From Podarcis tiliguerta (taxonomy: Eukaryota), in assembly GCA_965153285.1 (NCBI GenBank), contig OZ229110.1: DNA of 64,000 nucleotides; one strand, written 5' to 3'. The first letter of the stretch is position 1. Each line of letters starts with the position of its first letter. This document shows, piece after piece, positions 27,001-38,989 of this stretch. The position numbers were made by a program, and so were the translations under genes. The notes under the pieces are model-generated. The model ran no database searches. It was not told where the DNA came from and saw only the letters and a list, made by a program, of their open reading frames with translations.

Positions 27001-28680
27001 TGGTAGGAATTCTGCTGATGGGCAGCTACACCTTTGTGTGACACTTGCTACCATTTTGGCAGCAGTGTTTTTGGTAAGAGGCAGCAATTTCTGGTGGCAT
27101 TGGGAGCTCTTCTGCATCGTCCTAAGACCCTATAGCTGGGAAACTCATGAGTGCAGCATTATACTTTCCCCATTCAGTTTTAAAGCTTGCATTATTGACA
27201 CAGATGGCATTTAATGTCTAGTTCCTGCTGTTTTGTCCCCCCGCCCCCATTCATGTTGCTATGTAGCACATTTTGCACATTAATTTTCTTCTGCAAAATA
27301 AGTCCATGTTTGACATCAACTCCAGGGATTGAGGTCTTTTTGAAATACCCTTTATGTCTAATTTGTTGAGTCTGTATTCTGTTCACGCATCAAACATGGG
27401 GATGTTTTACAGCTCTCTGTGAGATCCCTAACGTTTTCCTCCCAGATGGTAGCCTCTGCAGTAGCATCCTGTTTCTTGCCACACATTGACAACACATGCT
27501 TTGAATTTGCCACTCTTCCTTGTTAATGTTGACCCAAGTATCTTATTAAAGATGGGTAACAGCATCCCCAGAAATGTAGTGTCACTTCCTTGTTCATGCA
27601 GCTCTTTGTAAAAAGATACATTTTTAAATCACCACTAGTATGTCCACAAGGTAGCTGATGGATGGTGCTTTTCTCAGCTGCTTTGTGTGTTTTCCTGCAA
27701 AAATTAGATAACTTGAGAGTTTTCCTTTCCTTCCTTTTTGCATGGGATTACCATTAATCTCTGCCTGGCTTTGAGATAAGAGCCATCCTCCCAGCCAGAA
27801 CTAATGCAAGATCAAGCTGCAAAAACAACCACTTCATTGCAGAGAAAGGCCTTCCCAAGGTTTATTTTTTCAAAGTATATTTTTACACTTTGTGAAGCCA
27901 GCCTGGATTCTGCTCAGCATATAGAATCCTGGACCAACATGACTGAAGTGTTAAATCAATAAACATAAGGGCTTGAGTCAGGGATGTTCTTTCATGTGCG
28001 TCTTTAATTTTTCTGGAATAAATGCAGCCATGCACCTGTCACTCAATCAACAAACGATAACTGTATTTTAAAATTGATTCTATACATTGCAGATTAGTCC
28101 TTGGAAGCCGCTGTGCTTGGATCAGTTCTGAACAAACTTAATAATGAATGGAAATGTAAGGCAGGAGACTCACGAGCCCAACAGCCAGTTTGCCCAGAAT
28201 GTGCTCTTATTTAGCAATGAGCTTAGCAACTCTGCCCTTAGAATTTTCTGTGAGTTTGGCCCCAAATGTTGCAGGACCCAGAATTAACTGTTCAAGCAGA
28301 GTGTTGCTTAATGCCTCCTGTATTCAACCTGAGTTTGAGGATGCCTATTTGTTGGTAGTTCTTGTGGATGTTAGCCAGCTACAACCTGTACTCATGACAT
28401 AATGTCATGATGTCTCTTAAAAGGGGTCTCTGGAGCAGGGATGTTTAGAACTTGCAATACTGAAAGCCATGTCACAGAAATGTTCAGTAGCTTTTATGTG
28501 AAGACTCATCATCATACATTGCGTTGAAGGAGGAGTTAATGTATGCATGCACATGTGTGCACAAACATGCGCAAGGGGTGCTTTTTATTTTACTCACATT
28601 TTAACTATTTTAACTACATAAAGAACTGCTGCTATTTATCCAAAGAAGAGCTGCTGATATTCCTGAGGATAGAGAGTATA

Positions 28681-29056
28681 AAATGGTAAAGGAAAAGGAC
28701 CCCTGACAGTTAAGTCCAGTCGCAGACGCCTCTGGGGTTGCAGCGCTCATCTTGCTTTACAGGCCGAGGGAGCCGGTGTTTGTCCGCAGACAGTTTTTCC
28801 GGGTCATGTGGCCAGCATGACTAAGCCGCTTCTGGTGAAACCAGAGCAGCGCACAGAAACGCTATTTACCTTCCCGCCGGGGCTGTACCTATTTATCTAC
28901 TTGCACTTTGACGTGCTTTCAAACTGCTCGGTTGGCAGGAGCTGCGACTGAACAACAGGAGCTCACCCTGTCGCGCGGATTCGAACTGCCAACCTTCTGA
29001 TCAGCAAGCCCAAGAGGCTCAGTGGTTTAGACCACAGTGCCACCCCTGTTCCATGG
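28681..29056 (-). mobile_element. Sauria SINE (Squam1-type), full length, 11-bp TSD
   Basis: TSD tagagagtata at 28670-28680 and 29057-29067. Homologous to 5226-5579. Confidence 0.88.
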
Positions 29057-30385
29057 TAGAGAGTATAGCTTCCAATAAAAACAATTATGCACAAGGAACT
29101 GTGGTTTAGCCGTCAGAGCTACACTTCCCAGCACCTTAACAAATCACAGTAACCAGGGTTGGACATCTGTGTTACACTGGTCACTTTGTAACAAATTGCA
29201 GTAACCCTGTGTGGTGCAAGAGAGTGACTGGTCCAAAATCACCCAAATGAGCTCTGTAGCTGAGCAGCATTAGGATTTTGAACACTCTTAAGCATCACGA
29301 CTCACTGGCAACTAGTAGTGTGCAAGTGTTTCATTAATACAGGGAACAATTCTAGTTCCTATCCCATGATGTAAACTAGGACAAAAGATGCTAGACACAT
29401 GACTGGCTCCAAGAGATTTCCTGTCTTCGCTTTTTTTCATGCATTTGTATGTGGAACATCCATGCCACCCACTGGCCAGAGGTGTAAAAGCAGACAATCT
29501 GATCTCTGTTTTCTAGGCAAATATGTAAAGTTTCTGGGAATTTTGAAACCTCTGGGGGGGCGGGGCGGAAGAAGTATGTGTGCAATGAATATTTGAATTA
29601 TATCAAACTTACATTTACAAACTTCATAACAACGCCGAACTTTTCTAAACTGCACTGTCTTTTGTTTTAAGGCTGCTTTCCTCCCATCTCCGGAGTAAGC
29701 CTCATTCAGTTCAGTAGGACTTGCTTTTGAGTAAACATACATAGTATCAGACTGCAAATATAGTACCTGCAGATAGAACCAGCTGTCCTGAAAGTACATT
29801 TATTTGCTTATTTTATTTATTTTCCATTCCATCCCAGTAAATCATATATCCATGATCAATGTCTGTGAAATATCTCTATCTCCTGATTTCAAACTTCCAT
29901 TTTGAGCTTAATCAAACTCAGAAAATGGAAGCTTTGCATGAATTAAACCGACTTTTACTATTATTTTTTTTGTGTGTGTATATATTTTGAAACATTCAGT
30001 AGTTTTTCAGTTGATAGAGAAGACCCGGGAATCTGAGTAAGGATGTATTGTCCCAAAGCATTGCTTCAACTTTGCTGAAACAGTTTGTCTGCCAGTTGGA
30101 CTGGTTTTTCTGAAGATGTTTTGTATTCTGCAACACTTGAAAGTATTTTCCCAACGTCAGTTTTGTGTGTGTTTCCCTCAAAAATTAGATAACAAGAGTT
30201 TTCCTTTTATTCTTTTTCCTAAGCAGTTCAAATTTTCCTTGTTATTTTGAGGTGAGATATTTACAGCGCAGGATCAACAGTGCAAGAGCCACCTGTTATT
30301 AGGCTTGCAGGAGCAAAGAGTTTGCCTTAGGTTGCCTATGACAGAACAAGTGATTGTTTACTTCAGTCCTGTTCTCTTGGCCCAG

Positions 30386-30524
30386 GTATCACTCTCAAGT
30401 CTGCCAGAACCACCACCTGTCACTTCTCCCCCAATTGCCAAAAAGCCCACCCAGCCAGAAGAGAAACTCCACCTGCAAACTGAATTAACCAAACTAGAAG
30501 AGGGGCCCCCATTGTCTTCAGGAG
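30386..30524 (+). CDS. COL18A1: COL18A1 exon VSLSSLPEPPPVTSPPIAKK...PPLSSG (139 bp, phase 1 end)
   Basis: cccag / gtaagt. PPPVT.PP motif as in collagen XVIII. Confidence 0.88.
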
Positions 30525-31061
30525 GTAAGTTGGGAACAGTCCCTTTAAAAAAACCATTATAGTTCTGACTATTCAAGTTTTCTTGATAGTGCTGAACAGA
30601 AATGAGTGGAAAAGAAAAACCTTGAATGTCACACATTCCTCATGTTATGCTTTGGGCAGGGGGGAAACATTTGTGGTGCTTGCTCAGAGCAAGTAGAAAT
30701 GTAGGCCTCAGGAGTCAGGGTGAACCAGATGTAGCTTTTTTAAATGCAAAAGCAGGACTGGTTTTGAAAGCATCCTTACTGAACACAACCGAAACATACC
30801 TTTCTTCTCTAGCAGTGGGCACTGAGAAACAAACCACTTTCATGTTAATGGAACTGGCTATGGATGACACGGATTGCCTGGCACCTGTAAGGTCACAACT
30901 TCCCACCTGTGGAACAGTTCTGCAATTGTTTATATATATATGTTTTCATGTTGAATCTGAATGCCAAGCGTCTTGATTTTCATTCTTTCATTTTTGCAGA
31001 AATGCAGAATTACCTTCACAACAGATAATTACACATACTTGTCTTTATATTTCCATGATAG

Positions 31062-31171
31062 TTGGAGTCAAAGGAGAAAAAGGAGACCCTGGTGAGAAAG
31101 GTGAACGTGGCACGAAAGGGGACTCTGGAGTTGGTGGAGTTCTGCCGACAAATGGTGCTAAAGGCGAAAAG
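31062..31171 (+). CDS. COL18A1: COL18A1 exon VGVKGEKGDPGEKGERGTKGDSGVGGVLPTNGAKGEK (110 bp)
   Basis: gatag / gtaatg. Phase 1 start matches previous exon. Gly-X-Y repeats. Confidence 0.9.
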
Positions 31172-31799
31172 GTAATGTGATTACACGTGGCTCTCCTTTC
31201 CTGTTTTCATCCAAAAGGGACAAAGTTTTTATTGTTGCTACCTAAAGGAATAGAGTCTCACCATCACCCTCTTTTGCATCACATACTCCCTGCCTTGAGC
31301 TTTGCCTTCTCTCGGATGCCTTCATTGTTGCAGAAGTCACTGTGATTGGAGTTTCTGAGGATCTTGTTGGGCTGGGATGAGCAGCGTTTTGCTCTTTCAG
31401 AATGAAGGGGGGGGGGGACACGCAATTTACTTATTTTTTGCAAGTGCAGTGAAATGATTCTTCACCAAATCCTGCCGTGATTCTCCCTGAGTTGTGGATG
31501 ATGGAGGAGAGAGTAACACTAACCTTTAGAACAAAAGCCTTCAGGAAGGAAGGAACTCAAGGAGTCCTGGTACTGCCATGAAGATCGGAGATAATCAAAA
31601 TTATGACACCTCCTCACATTCTGCTGCTGCCAATATGTGAAATCATTTCCCACCACCAGCACCTTTCTGCTCTCTCTTTCATCTTTCAGTCATATTTATG
31701 CGCAAGACATAAATCTGGAACAGCAGCTGTGCAGAGGACGGTTTTCTTAGTGTTAATTTCTTGTCCAGTGGAAAGACACAAAGCCTACTTTAGCTTTCT

Positions 31800-31922
31800 T
31801 CAACCTGGTGCACTCCAGAAGTTTTGGACTACAACTCCCATCAGCCCCAGCCAGTCCAGCTGCACTGCTTGGGGCTGATGGAACTGTAGCCTGAAATATT
31901 TGGAGGACACCAGTCTGGGGAA
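31800..31922. mobile_element. Degenerate palindromic MITE related to 38269-38404
   Basis: ctccagaagttttggactacaactcccatcagccccag ... ggggctgatggaactgtagcctgaaatatttggagg inverted arms. Confidence 0.6.
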
Positions 31923-32304
31923 AATCTAGCCTATCTGATTGTAGAGCGTGGTAAGAGGTGAATATTGAAGTGTATGAACGAGGAAGAAGGAGGCTTCTTA
32001 CGCTCATCACACCCTAATGCTCCCCCTTTTTGAAAGAGATGCTGCTTGCAACCCTGTACTGTGAACTTTCCTTTTTTAGGTCTTGTAGAAAACTTAACTT
32101 ATGGGATGTGAGGTGTGGGTTGCTTGTTCATGAAAAACATATCAATTAATTCATCCATTGTCAAAGAAATGACCCATGAACTAATTTCTTTTGCCACAAA
32201 AGGAAGTTGGATTTGACAACGGGTGTTTGTTTCCTAAAACAGAGAATTCAACCTCATTTTGCTATGTTTTGCTATACTGAAAAGCCTTGTGTTTGTTTTT
32301 GCAG

Positions 32305-32331
32305 GGAGAAAAAGGAGAGCTGGGTGTTAAG
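32305..32331 (+). CDS. COL18A1: COL18A1 micro-exon GEKGELGVK (27 bp)
   Basis: tttttgcag / gtgagc. Three Gly-X-Y triplets. Confidence 0.85.
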
Positions 32332-32707
32332 GTGAGCCAAGCTGCTGCTTTGTTTGCTTTTGAAAGTGGTTTCATGTGATGATAATTTATTTAGGTGGAT
32401 TCCAGCCATCCTATACACTAATAGTGAACTCATTCTCAGAGTGGGGATTGTTATATAGCCAAAACAGCACCATAATACACAAGGCAGAATCTCCAAAGTA
32501 GCCCATTGGGAGCTGAATGTGCTTAGTAGCCATGGGGCTCTAGCTGTGTGTGAGAGAACTGACAACAAGGTGGAGAGGAGGAATGGAATGGAGTGACCTG
32601 AAGAGGGCATGGCTGAAACCCTGAGCAGAAGCATTCATCACTGCAACACTTTGTTGCAGGTCCCACTTGAATTTTTAAATATAAATTAGAAGTTCATCCA
32701 TATAAAA

Positions 32708-32825
32708 ATATAGGCAGCTGTGCCTTACACAGTCAGGCCACTGGTCCATCTAGCTTGGTATTGTCTATATGGATTGGCAGTGGCTCTCTAGGGGTTCAGA
32801 CAGGCATGCCAGAGATTGAAACGGA
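32708..32825 (-). mobile_element. tRNA-derived SINE fragment with CR1-like tail
   Basis: Reverse complement resembles the squamate ...ccagtcagtgtagacaatactgagctagatggacca... SINE body (from recall). Related pieces at ~56760-56820 and ~62830-62945. Confidence 0.45.
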
Positions 32826-33851
32826 TGCTAGCTGTAACAGAACAACATCCTTCCAGTAATGCACCCCTAAGATTTATGTAAAATAGTGAATATCCCTAAG
32901 ATTTTACTGGTTATAACTCCAGACCAAATTTTTTACTGAATATGATTTTTTAATGTTTTATTATGTTTTTTATATATGTTGGAAGCTGCACAAAGTGGCA
33001 ACCCAGTCAAATGGACGGGGTACAAATAAAATCCTCATCGTCATCACCATCACCATCATCTGGTCTCTTAGCACTCAGTGGCGCCAAATGAGCAATTGCC
33101 CAGATAGTGCCTTGGGGTCTGAGTGGTGGTTTCTGATGCAGTAATGTCTGCACTAACAGAGAACTGGAGCCAGGATGCTGATGCACAGCCTAATTCTAGA
33201 ACATGATGTGCAACCAACACACCTTTGTGAGAGTTCCTTGACTTCTTGCAAGATACCAAGGAGTGGAGATGGAACTGCAGCTCACCCTGTCGCTCACATG
33301 TGGGGCCCCTTTAAGGAGCTGTGCTGCAGCTGTTTTGTTCTCTTGCCACCCAAGGTGGTGGTTGGACAAGATGGTGAAGCAGCATCTGGACCGGCCCCAT
33401 ATGGGCAGAAAGGGTGTGACCCTGGGCACTTGGCAGTAATTAATATCAGACTTACTGTTCATCTTTCCTTGAAAATTACATATGTTGCTTTTTTCTGTTG
33501 GTGTGCATAACTGTATGTGCTATGGCTATCTGTATTTGCAATATGGCAATTGTGTGCCATAGGAGGATACTTCCTTGCTTCAAATGCCTCCTTATCTACA
33601 GCACTGCTGGTGCTGAGCTTGCCAATAGAAATTATTTTGAAGAGGATAGGGATTTGTGGCTGGAATAAAGGAAGGCAAAGAAAAAATGCACATGGATACC
33701 AGCAGAGAAATACTTTCAAGAGAGGAAAGCAGGAAGGCCTTGGTAGTAAAGGGGGTCACATCTGGCAGGTGCCCACTTCAATATTCTCATGAGGGAATAG
33801 TACCTGATTGCTTTCATTTTCCACATCTCTCTCTTCCCCAACCATGTCTAG

Positions 33852-34067
33852 GGAAATGCCGGCTTTGGATATCCAGGTGCAAAAGGACAGAAAGGGGAGC
33901 CTGGTGACCAGGGGTCTCCCGGCCCTGCTGGGCCCCCAGGCCCCCCTGGGACCATCGTGCAGCGCCCTGACGGTTCTGTGGTGGAGCAGGTTGCTGGGCC
34001 TCCAGGACCCCTGGGGCCACCAGGGCTGCCTGGGAAAGATGGCTTGCCTGGAAAGGATGGAGAGCCT
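33852..34067 (+). CDS. COL18A1: COL18A1 exon [18 protein letters not shown]...GKDGEP (216 bp)
   Basis: tctag / gtaagt. Gly-X-Y with one interruption. Confidence 0.94.
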
Positions 34068-35430
34068 GTAAGTAACCTTTTTTGAAGGTAATTTCTGGTT
34101 TCAAGTGCAGGGTTTGTGTTTCGGAGGAAAAGGGGTTCTTCAGATATGCAAGCCACTTGCAGTCTTCGAATCCTTGCTGTTAAAATAATGGCCCCGTCAA
34201 CACGTCACAGTAAACCATAGTTTATTGGTAGTTAAACTACCAGTTAATGGTTTACCAGACAGATGGCACCTTCCTTGCTCTTTCTGTAATATGAGCAGAA
34301 GCAACAAACCGCAATTCCTGTCCTGGTGTCATGTTCAGATTAGGATTGTAACTTATTTCACTCAAACAAATAATGATTGGTAAGCCAAGAACAAACCTTG
34401 ACTTCATGGGCTGGAGCAAAACAAGCCACAATCACCAGTGGAGATGTATCACAAAAGCAAGGACTGTGATTTGTTGCTCTTGTTCATGTAAGGGGAGGAG
34501 TGAAGCAGGAACTGCATTTCAAAGTAAACATAGTAAACTTTGATTTACTGTGATCTGTGAAAGCAGCAAGTGCCTAAACTGCTGGTGTATGGCCAACTTA
34601 GAAAACACCTCTAGAGCTGCAGGTGATCCCGTGTACCAGGCCCCCAGATGGTATTTTTTAAATGGAGATTTCAAAATGTAAGTAATTCTCACCTATGCAA
34701 TCCCTACAAGTAATTTAATTAGCCATCAATCTTTCACCTGTTATCGAGTTTGTTTTCTTCATAATGTTCTCTTTAGGGAAATTTTCTCCTTTTTTGATTG
34801 CATACTCTGTTCCTCCTGCATGTGGTTGTGTGATCATTGCCTTGCTCCTATTTTTCTTAAATGTCTTTTTTACTACCTTATTAGAGCCGCCCCAAATAAT
34901 TCCTTCCTCATTCCCAACCATATTACAAGGGCTCACTTTGCCCATTGTTTGCTTCCTTCTTCAGCAACCTTCCTTTTTCAACAAGCCCTTTAAGTGGAGA
35001 TTTTCATAGCCTGCAGTCTGCTTTGTACTGTAAACTGTTTTTTAACCGTTCTTATATACAGAGTTATTTTTAAATGTTTGAATTGTTTTTCATTGCTTTT
35101 ACACTTCCTTGCTTTGTGGTTCTAAATCTTTTATTTGTTTTATATTTGTATATTTTCTTACTGTAACCTGCCCTGGGACATTCTGGTGAAGGGCAAGTGT
35201 ACGTGTATATTTTTAAAGCCATTTGAAAGTTCGTATGTTTCATGGGGTGTTTATGGCTTTAGGCTTGCCTTTCCCAGCAGCTGTCTCAACCCAATTGCTT
35301 TGTAAGTGCTGAACAGGTACCAAGAAAAGTAGGCCTGGGACTTGGGGCAGCTTGAAATGATAGCTGCTGAATTACAACTTTGTAGAAAATGTCTGGCATT
35401 TGCTAACCTCCTATGTTTTATTCTTACTAG

Positions 35431-35457
35431 GGAGATCCTGGTGAGGATGGTAAACCA
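35431..35457 (+). CDS. COL18A1: COL18A1 micro-exon GDPGEDGKP (27 bp)
   Basis: ttactag / gtaagt. Confidence 0.93.
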
Positions 35458-36132
35458 GTAAGTTCTGCTCTTTTGTCCCTCAACTTTTCAAAATAAATTC
35501 CTCAACTGGTATAGTTGTAGGGAGATAGATTTAACTTTAGCGCTTTCCATAAAAAAGTAGTTTCTCTCTTCTCTTGTCTATTTTTGGAGTATAGAAAAAT
35601 AATTACAGTTCTTGGAGTTTCCCTTTCCTGAACTTTGAAATCCCTGTTTGGGGTTTTTAATTTTTTGGTGGAGACAAAGTGCTGTGTAACAGCAACAGTA
35701 AACATAACAGTAAACAACCTGATCATAGTTAAAAAATAAAAATCAAACAAAAATATTTTTTAAAATAAACATGTTTTAAATGTATTAATATTTTATAGAA
35801 ATACTTTATTGCATCACTTTCAAGCACGTCTGTGTATGGTCACTCTAAACCAAATTGGGAAGGAGCTTGCAGCTGCTTTATTCCTCCACAGACCTGTCTG
35901 CAGCTGTGATGTGCTGAGTTAGCCAAAGGCATCATTTGAACCTGGGCTTGTGGTTTTCTATAGATTAATCATGAGCTTGTAACCAAGAAGAAAACCTTGT
36001 GTGGTGTGTGAACTGAAGGATGATGTGCAACTGTGTGTGTGTGTGTGTTTATAAACATCTTTTAGATGCTTCTGTGTGGCTCTTCTGGGATCACCCAGAC
36101 GCCATCACTTCCCTGACTTATTTCCTTTGCAG

Positions 36133-36195
36133 GGTGATGTTGGCCCTCAAGGATTCCCTGGGACGCCGGGAGAGCCTGGCCAGAAAGGTGAAAAG
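36133..36195 (+). CDS. COL18A1: COL18A1 exon GDVGPQGFPGTPGEPGQKGEK (63 bp)
   Basis: tttgcag / gtagga. Confidence 0.94.
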
Positions 36196-36345
36196 GTAGG
36201 AGCTTCCGTCACATGGGCATATTCTGGTATCATTGAACTCTCAAGTGCAGCAGCCTTCGGTGTTTTCTGAGCAGATTTCATTTGTGGCTGCTTTGCGAAA
36301 GTGTGGCCAATGCTCTCAGCTCTGTCCTTTCCTCTCTTCACCTAG

Positions 36346-36432
36346 GGTGATGCAGGCATTGGTCCAAGAGGTCCTCCTGGGCCACCGGGACCACCTGGGC
36401 AACCAGGATTCAGTTCAAAACTGGACAAGTTG
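36346..36432 (+). CDS. COL18A1: COL18A1 exon GDAGIGPRGPPG...SSKLDKL (87 bp)
   Basis: cacctag / gtgagt. Confidence 0.94.
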
Positions 36433-36869
36433 GTGAGTCTCAGATACCCACAATAAGTGCATGGGAAGAAGCCGGTCTCCTTGACACTGCCCCCTCTGGT
36501 TGAAGCTGTGTGGTGTGGCTGTTTGCTTTCCTCTGAAGCCACATTTCACCCTTTCCTCTCTCTCCCTCTCTCTCCCTCTCTCTTCCTTTATTTAAATATT
36601 TATAAACCACTCTTCCATTAAAAAAAAACAACAAGTCTGTGTGTGGCATAATTTTTTATTGTATGCATTAAGTTTCTTAGCATGTTTTTTTTTTTACATC
36701 CAGTAAAAATCATTTTATTTATCCAGACCTTTTAAGAGTTTATTTTTCATGCTGTATTTATGATCTGTTTTGCTCTTAAATATCGTACTGCTTTTACCAA
36801 TGTTACGTTTTATTGTAAGAAGTGCTGTAGGCTGAACAATTGAATAATAAATGAAAAAGTAAATACTAG

Positions 36870-36876
<7 letters not shown>

Positions 36877-36905
<29 letters not shown>
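36877..36905. repeat. (GA)n microsatellite
   Basis: Read directly. Confidence 0.9.
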
Positions 36906-37097
36906 CACTTTTTTCCTCAATTATTAGAACACCCTTCACAATGTCTTGAATCTGACTCTCTCATTCGGGATAAATTTAACTCCTTACACTGTTAAAGTCA
37001 CAGCAAGGAAGCCAGAGTTAGGCCCGAGTCATGCAATTCTTTACCCCAGTAGCATTTCTCATTGGTGCCCTTATAGAACAGTGTGCTTTTCTTCCAG

Positions 37098-37151
37098 ACA
37101 TTTATCGATATGGAAGGCTCTGGTTTTGGAGGGGATTTGGAAACCTTACGT
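37098..37151 (+). CDS. COL18A1: COL18A1 exon TFIDMEGSGFGGDLETLR (54 bp, GAG site)
   Basis: cttccag / gtaagt. Conserved DMEGSG motif. Confidence 0.95.
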
Positions 37152-37309
37152 GTAAGTACCAAAAAGCAGTGTGAACTGGTGCTGCTTCAGAAGGATTTCT
37201 TCTGGGGAGGTGGTGTATAGCATACTCCTCAGAAGTTAACTTGCACCACAAATGCTCTCTTATATTATATGTTCACACCTGATTTTGAATCCTATTTGTT
37301 GTGTTTCAG

Positions 37310-37468
37310 GGCCCCAGAGGACAACCCGGGCCCCCAGGACCACCTGGTGTGCCTGGCTTGCCAGGGCAACCTGGAAGAATTGGGACGGATGGCAGTGACC
37401 TTCCAGGGCCCCCTGGCCTCCCTGGAGTGCCAGGTCGAGATGGCAGCACAGGACCTCCAGGGCCTCCT
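37310..37468 (+). CDS. COL18A1: COL18A1 exon [10 protein letters not shown]...GPPGPP (159 bp)
   Basis: tttcag / gtaagt. Confidence 0.94.
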
Positions 37469-38163
37469 GTAAGTTAAATAAGATGCGGGGAAGGAATAAT
37501 TGAGGATGGTAAATTCGAGTCTGTCTCCAGAAACTGCCCCAGCTCCCAGTATTATGGGGCTTTGGCCTTGGTTGTCAGCTCTTCCACTGCAGTTTCAGAG
37601 GCATGGATGAGGATGGGAGCCTTTGCTTGCTGCTTTGTTGTGCTCCTGTGGGGTTGCTGGAGTTAGTCCGCGAAGTAAAAGCTTGCCAGGTGTTACCAAA
37701 CCCTTAAAGTTGTTGCACATTTTAGGCTCCCCGTATTGCGTTAGCAGCATTTTCAGGGAGGTAACATGGTCTTGATTAATTGGATGCATATAAGAAACTT
37801 AGGCTTCTGTTCTGCTGCTTTGGGTACAGGTCACAAATAGTCCTATATATGTGTGAGTATCACTGAAAGCTGAAACGGTATCACAAAAATAAGCATGAGA
37901 TATAATGTGACTATTGCACAATCTTGTAGCCAAGAGTTGCAAGTATGGCAGTCTAAACTAATAGCTTGTGGAACACAGGGAAACCTACTTTTCCTTTGGG
38001 GTGTGTGTGTGATAATCTGTCCCAAGTTGCTTCTCTGCACAGTTCCAAACAATGGAGCTTCTTTTATGAATAAACACACACCCAGAGCATCACAGGGAGA
38101 AAAGTGCTTTGTGGACACACCTTTGAGTGAAGAAACAGTGAGCATGGAAAAGGTTTCACACTG

Positions 38164-38520
38164 AGAGCCTGTGTGATGTAGTGGTTAGAGCGTTGGACTA
38201 GGACCTGGGAGAGCAGGGTTCGAAGCTCACTGGATGACTTGGGCCAGTCGTCATCACTTAGCCTAACCCAGGCATAGGCAAACTCGGCCCTCCAGATGTT
38301 TTGGGACTGCAACTCCCATCATACCTAGCTAACAGGACCAGTGGTCAGGGATGATGGGAGTTGCAGTCCCAAAACATCTGGAGGGCTGAGTTTGCCTATG
38401 CCTGGCCTAACCTACCTCACAGGGTTGTGAGGGTGAAATGGGGAGGAGGAGAACTGTGTATAGCACCTTGATCTACTTGGAAGAAAAAAGTGATATATAA
38501 ATGTAATAAATAATAAATAA
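38164..38520 (+). mobile_element. tRNA-derived SINE with L2/MIR-like tail, interrupted by a MITE
   Basis: A-box-like tgtagtggttagagc, B-box-like ggttcgaa, body gcctaacc|tacctcacagggttgtgagg, and AAT-rich tail. Confidence 0.72.
38269..38404. mobile_element. hAT-type palindromic MITE with perfect 8-bp TSD
   Basis: TSD gcctaacc at 38261-38268 and 38405-38412. Arms caggcataggcaaactcggccctccagatgttttgggactgcaactcccatcat and its near-perfect reverse complement. Confidence 0.9.
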
Positions 38521-38733
38521 ATCTCTCTCTCTCACACACACTCTGCAATCTTTCCAATAAAAATCCAACATATACCCCCCTGCAAAAGTTGCGGCCAGTG
38601 GAAAATAGCTTTCATTCTTTTGGTACACAGGGAAGAGACCGTATCCTTTGACAAGGAATGGGCTTGGGATAAATGGATGCAAACTGGCTGATGGCAGCTT
38701 TTAAAACAACTTTCCTTTTCTAATCTTTTTCAG

Positions 38734-38796
38734 GGCCCTCCCGGTTCTCCAGGAAAAGATGGGATAGCTGGCCAGCCTGGGCTGAATGGAGCTAGT
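38734..38796 (+). CDS. COL18A1: COL18A1 exon GPPGSPGKDGIAGQPGLNGAS (63 bp)
   Basis: tttttcag / gtatgt. Confidence 0.92.
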
Positions 38797-38944
38797 GTAT
38801 GTATATTTCTCTCTTAGCTGTGCAAGTTCCTTTCACAGAGCAGTAATCCTGCCTCAGCAAGCCTGAGAAAATAGGCGGCCTCTGGCTTGAATTTAGTAAA
38901 AAAAGAAAAGCACATTCACACTTCTTTTCCTTTGCTGTTTCCAG

Positions 38945-38989
38945 GGAGAACCAGGAGAACTAGGCCTCCCAGGAGCACCTGGACCTAAG
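38945..38989 (+). CDS. COL18A1: COL18A1 exon GEPGELGLPGAPGPK (45 bp)
   Basis: tttccag / gtagag. Confidence 0.92.

Noticed and set aside
30381-30391. cag|GTATCA as a recursive splice site
   Set aside because: The regenerated donor is weak, and the exon is in frame with a recognisable collagen XVIII motif.
33814-34156. Minus-strand Pro/Gly-rich ORFs over collagen exons (also ~36147-36542, 40226-40551, 58739-59382)
   Set aside because: Antisense shadows of GC-rich Gly-X-Y codons, which are naturally poor in stops.
38164-38230. tRNA gene
   Set aside because: The A/B-box-like head belongs to a SINE, and no full cloverleaf is present.
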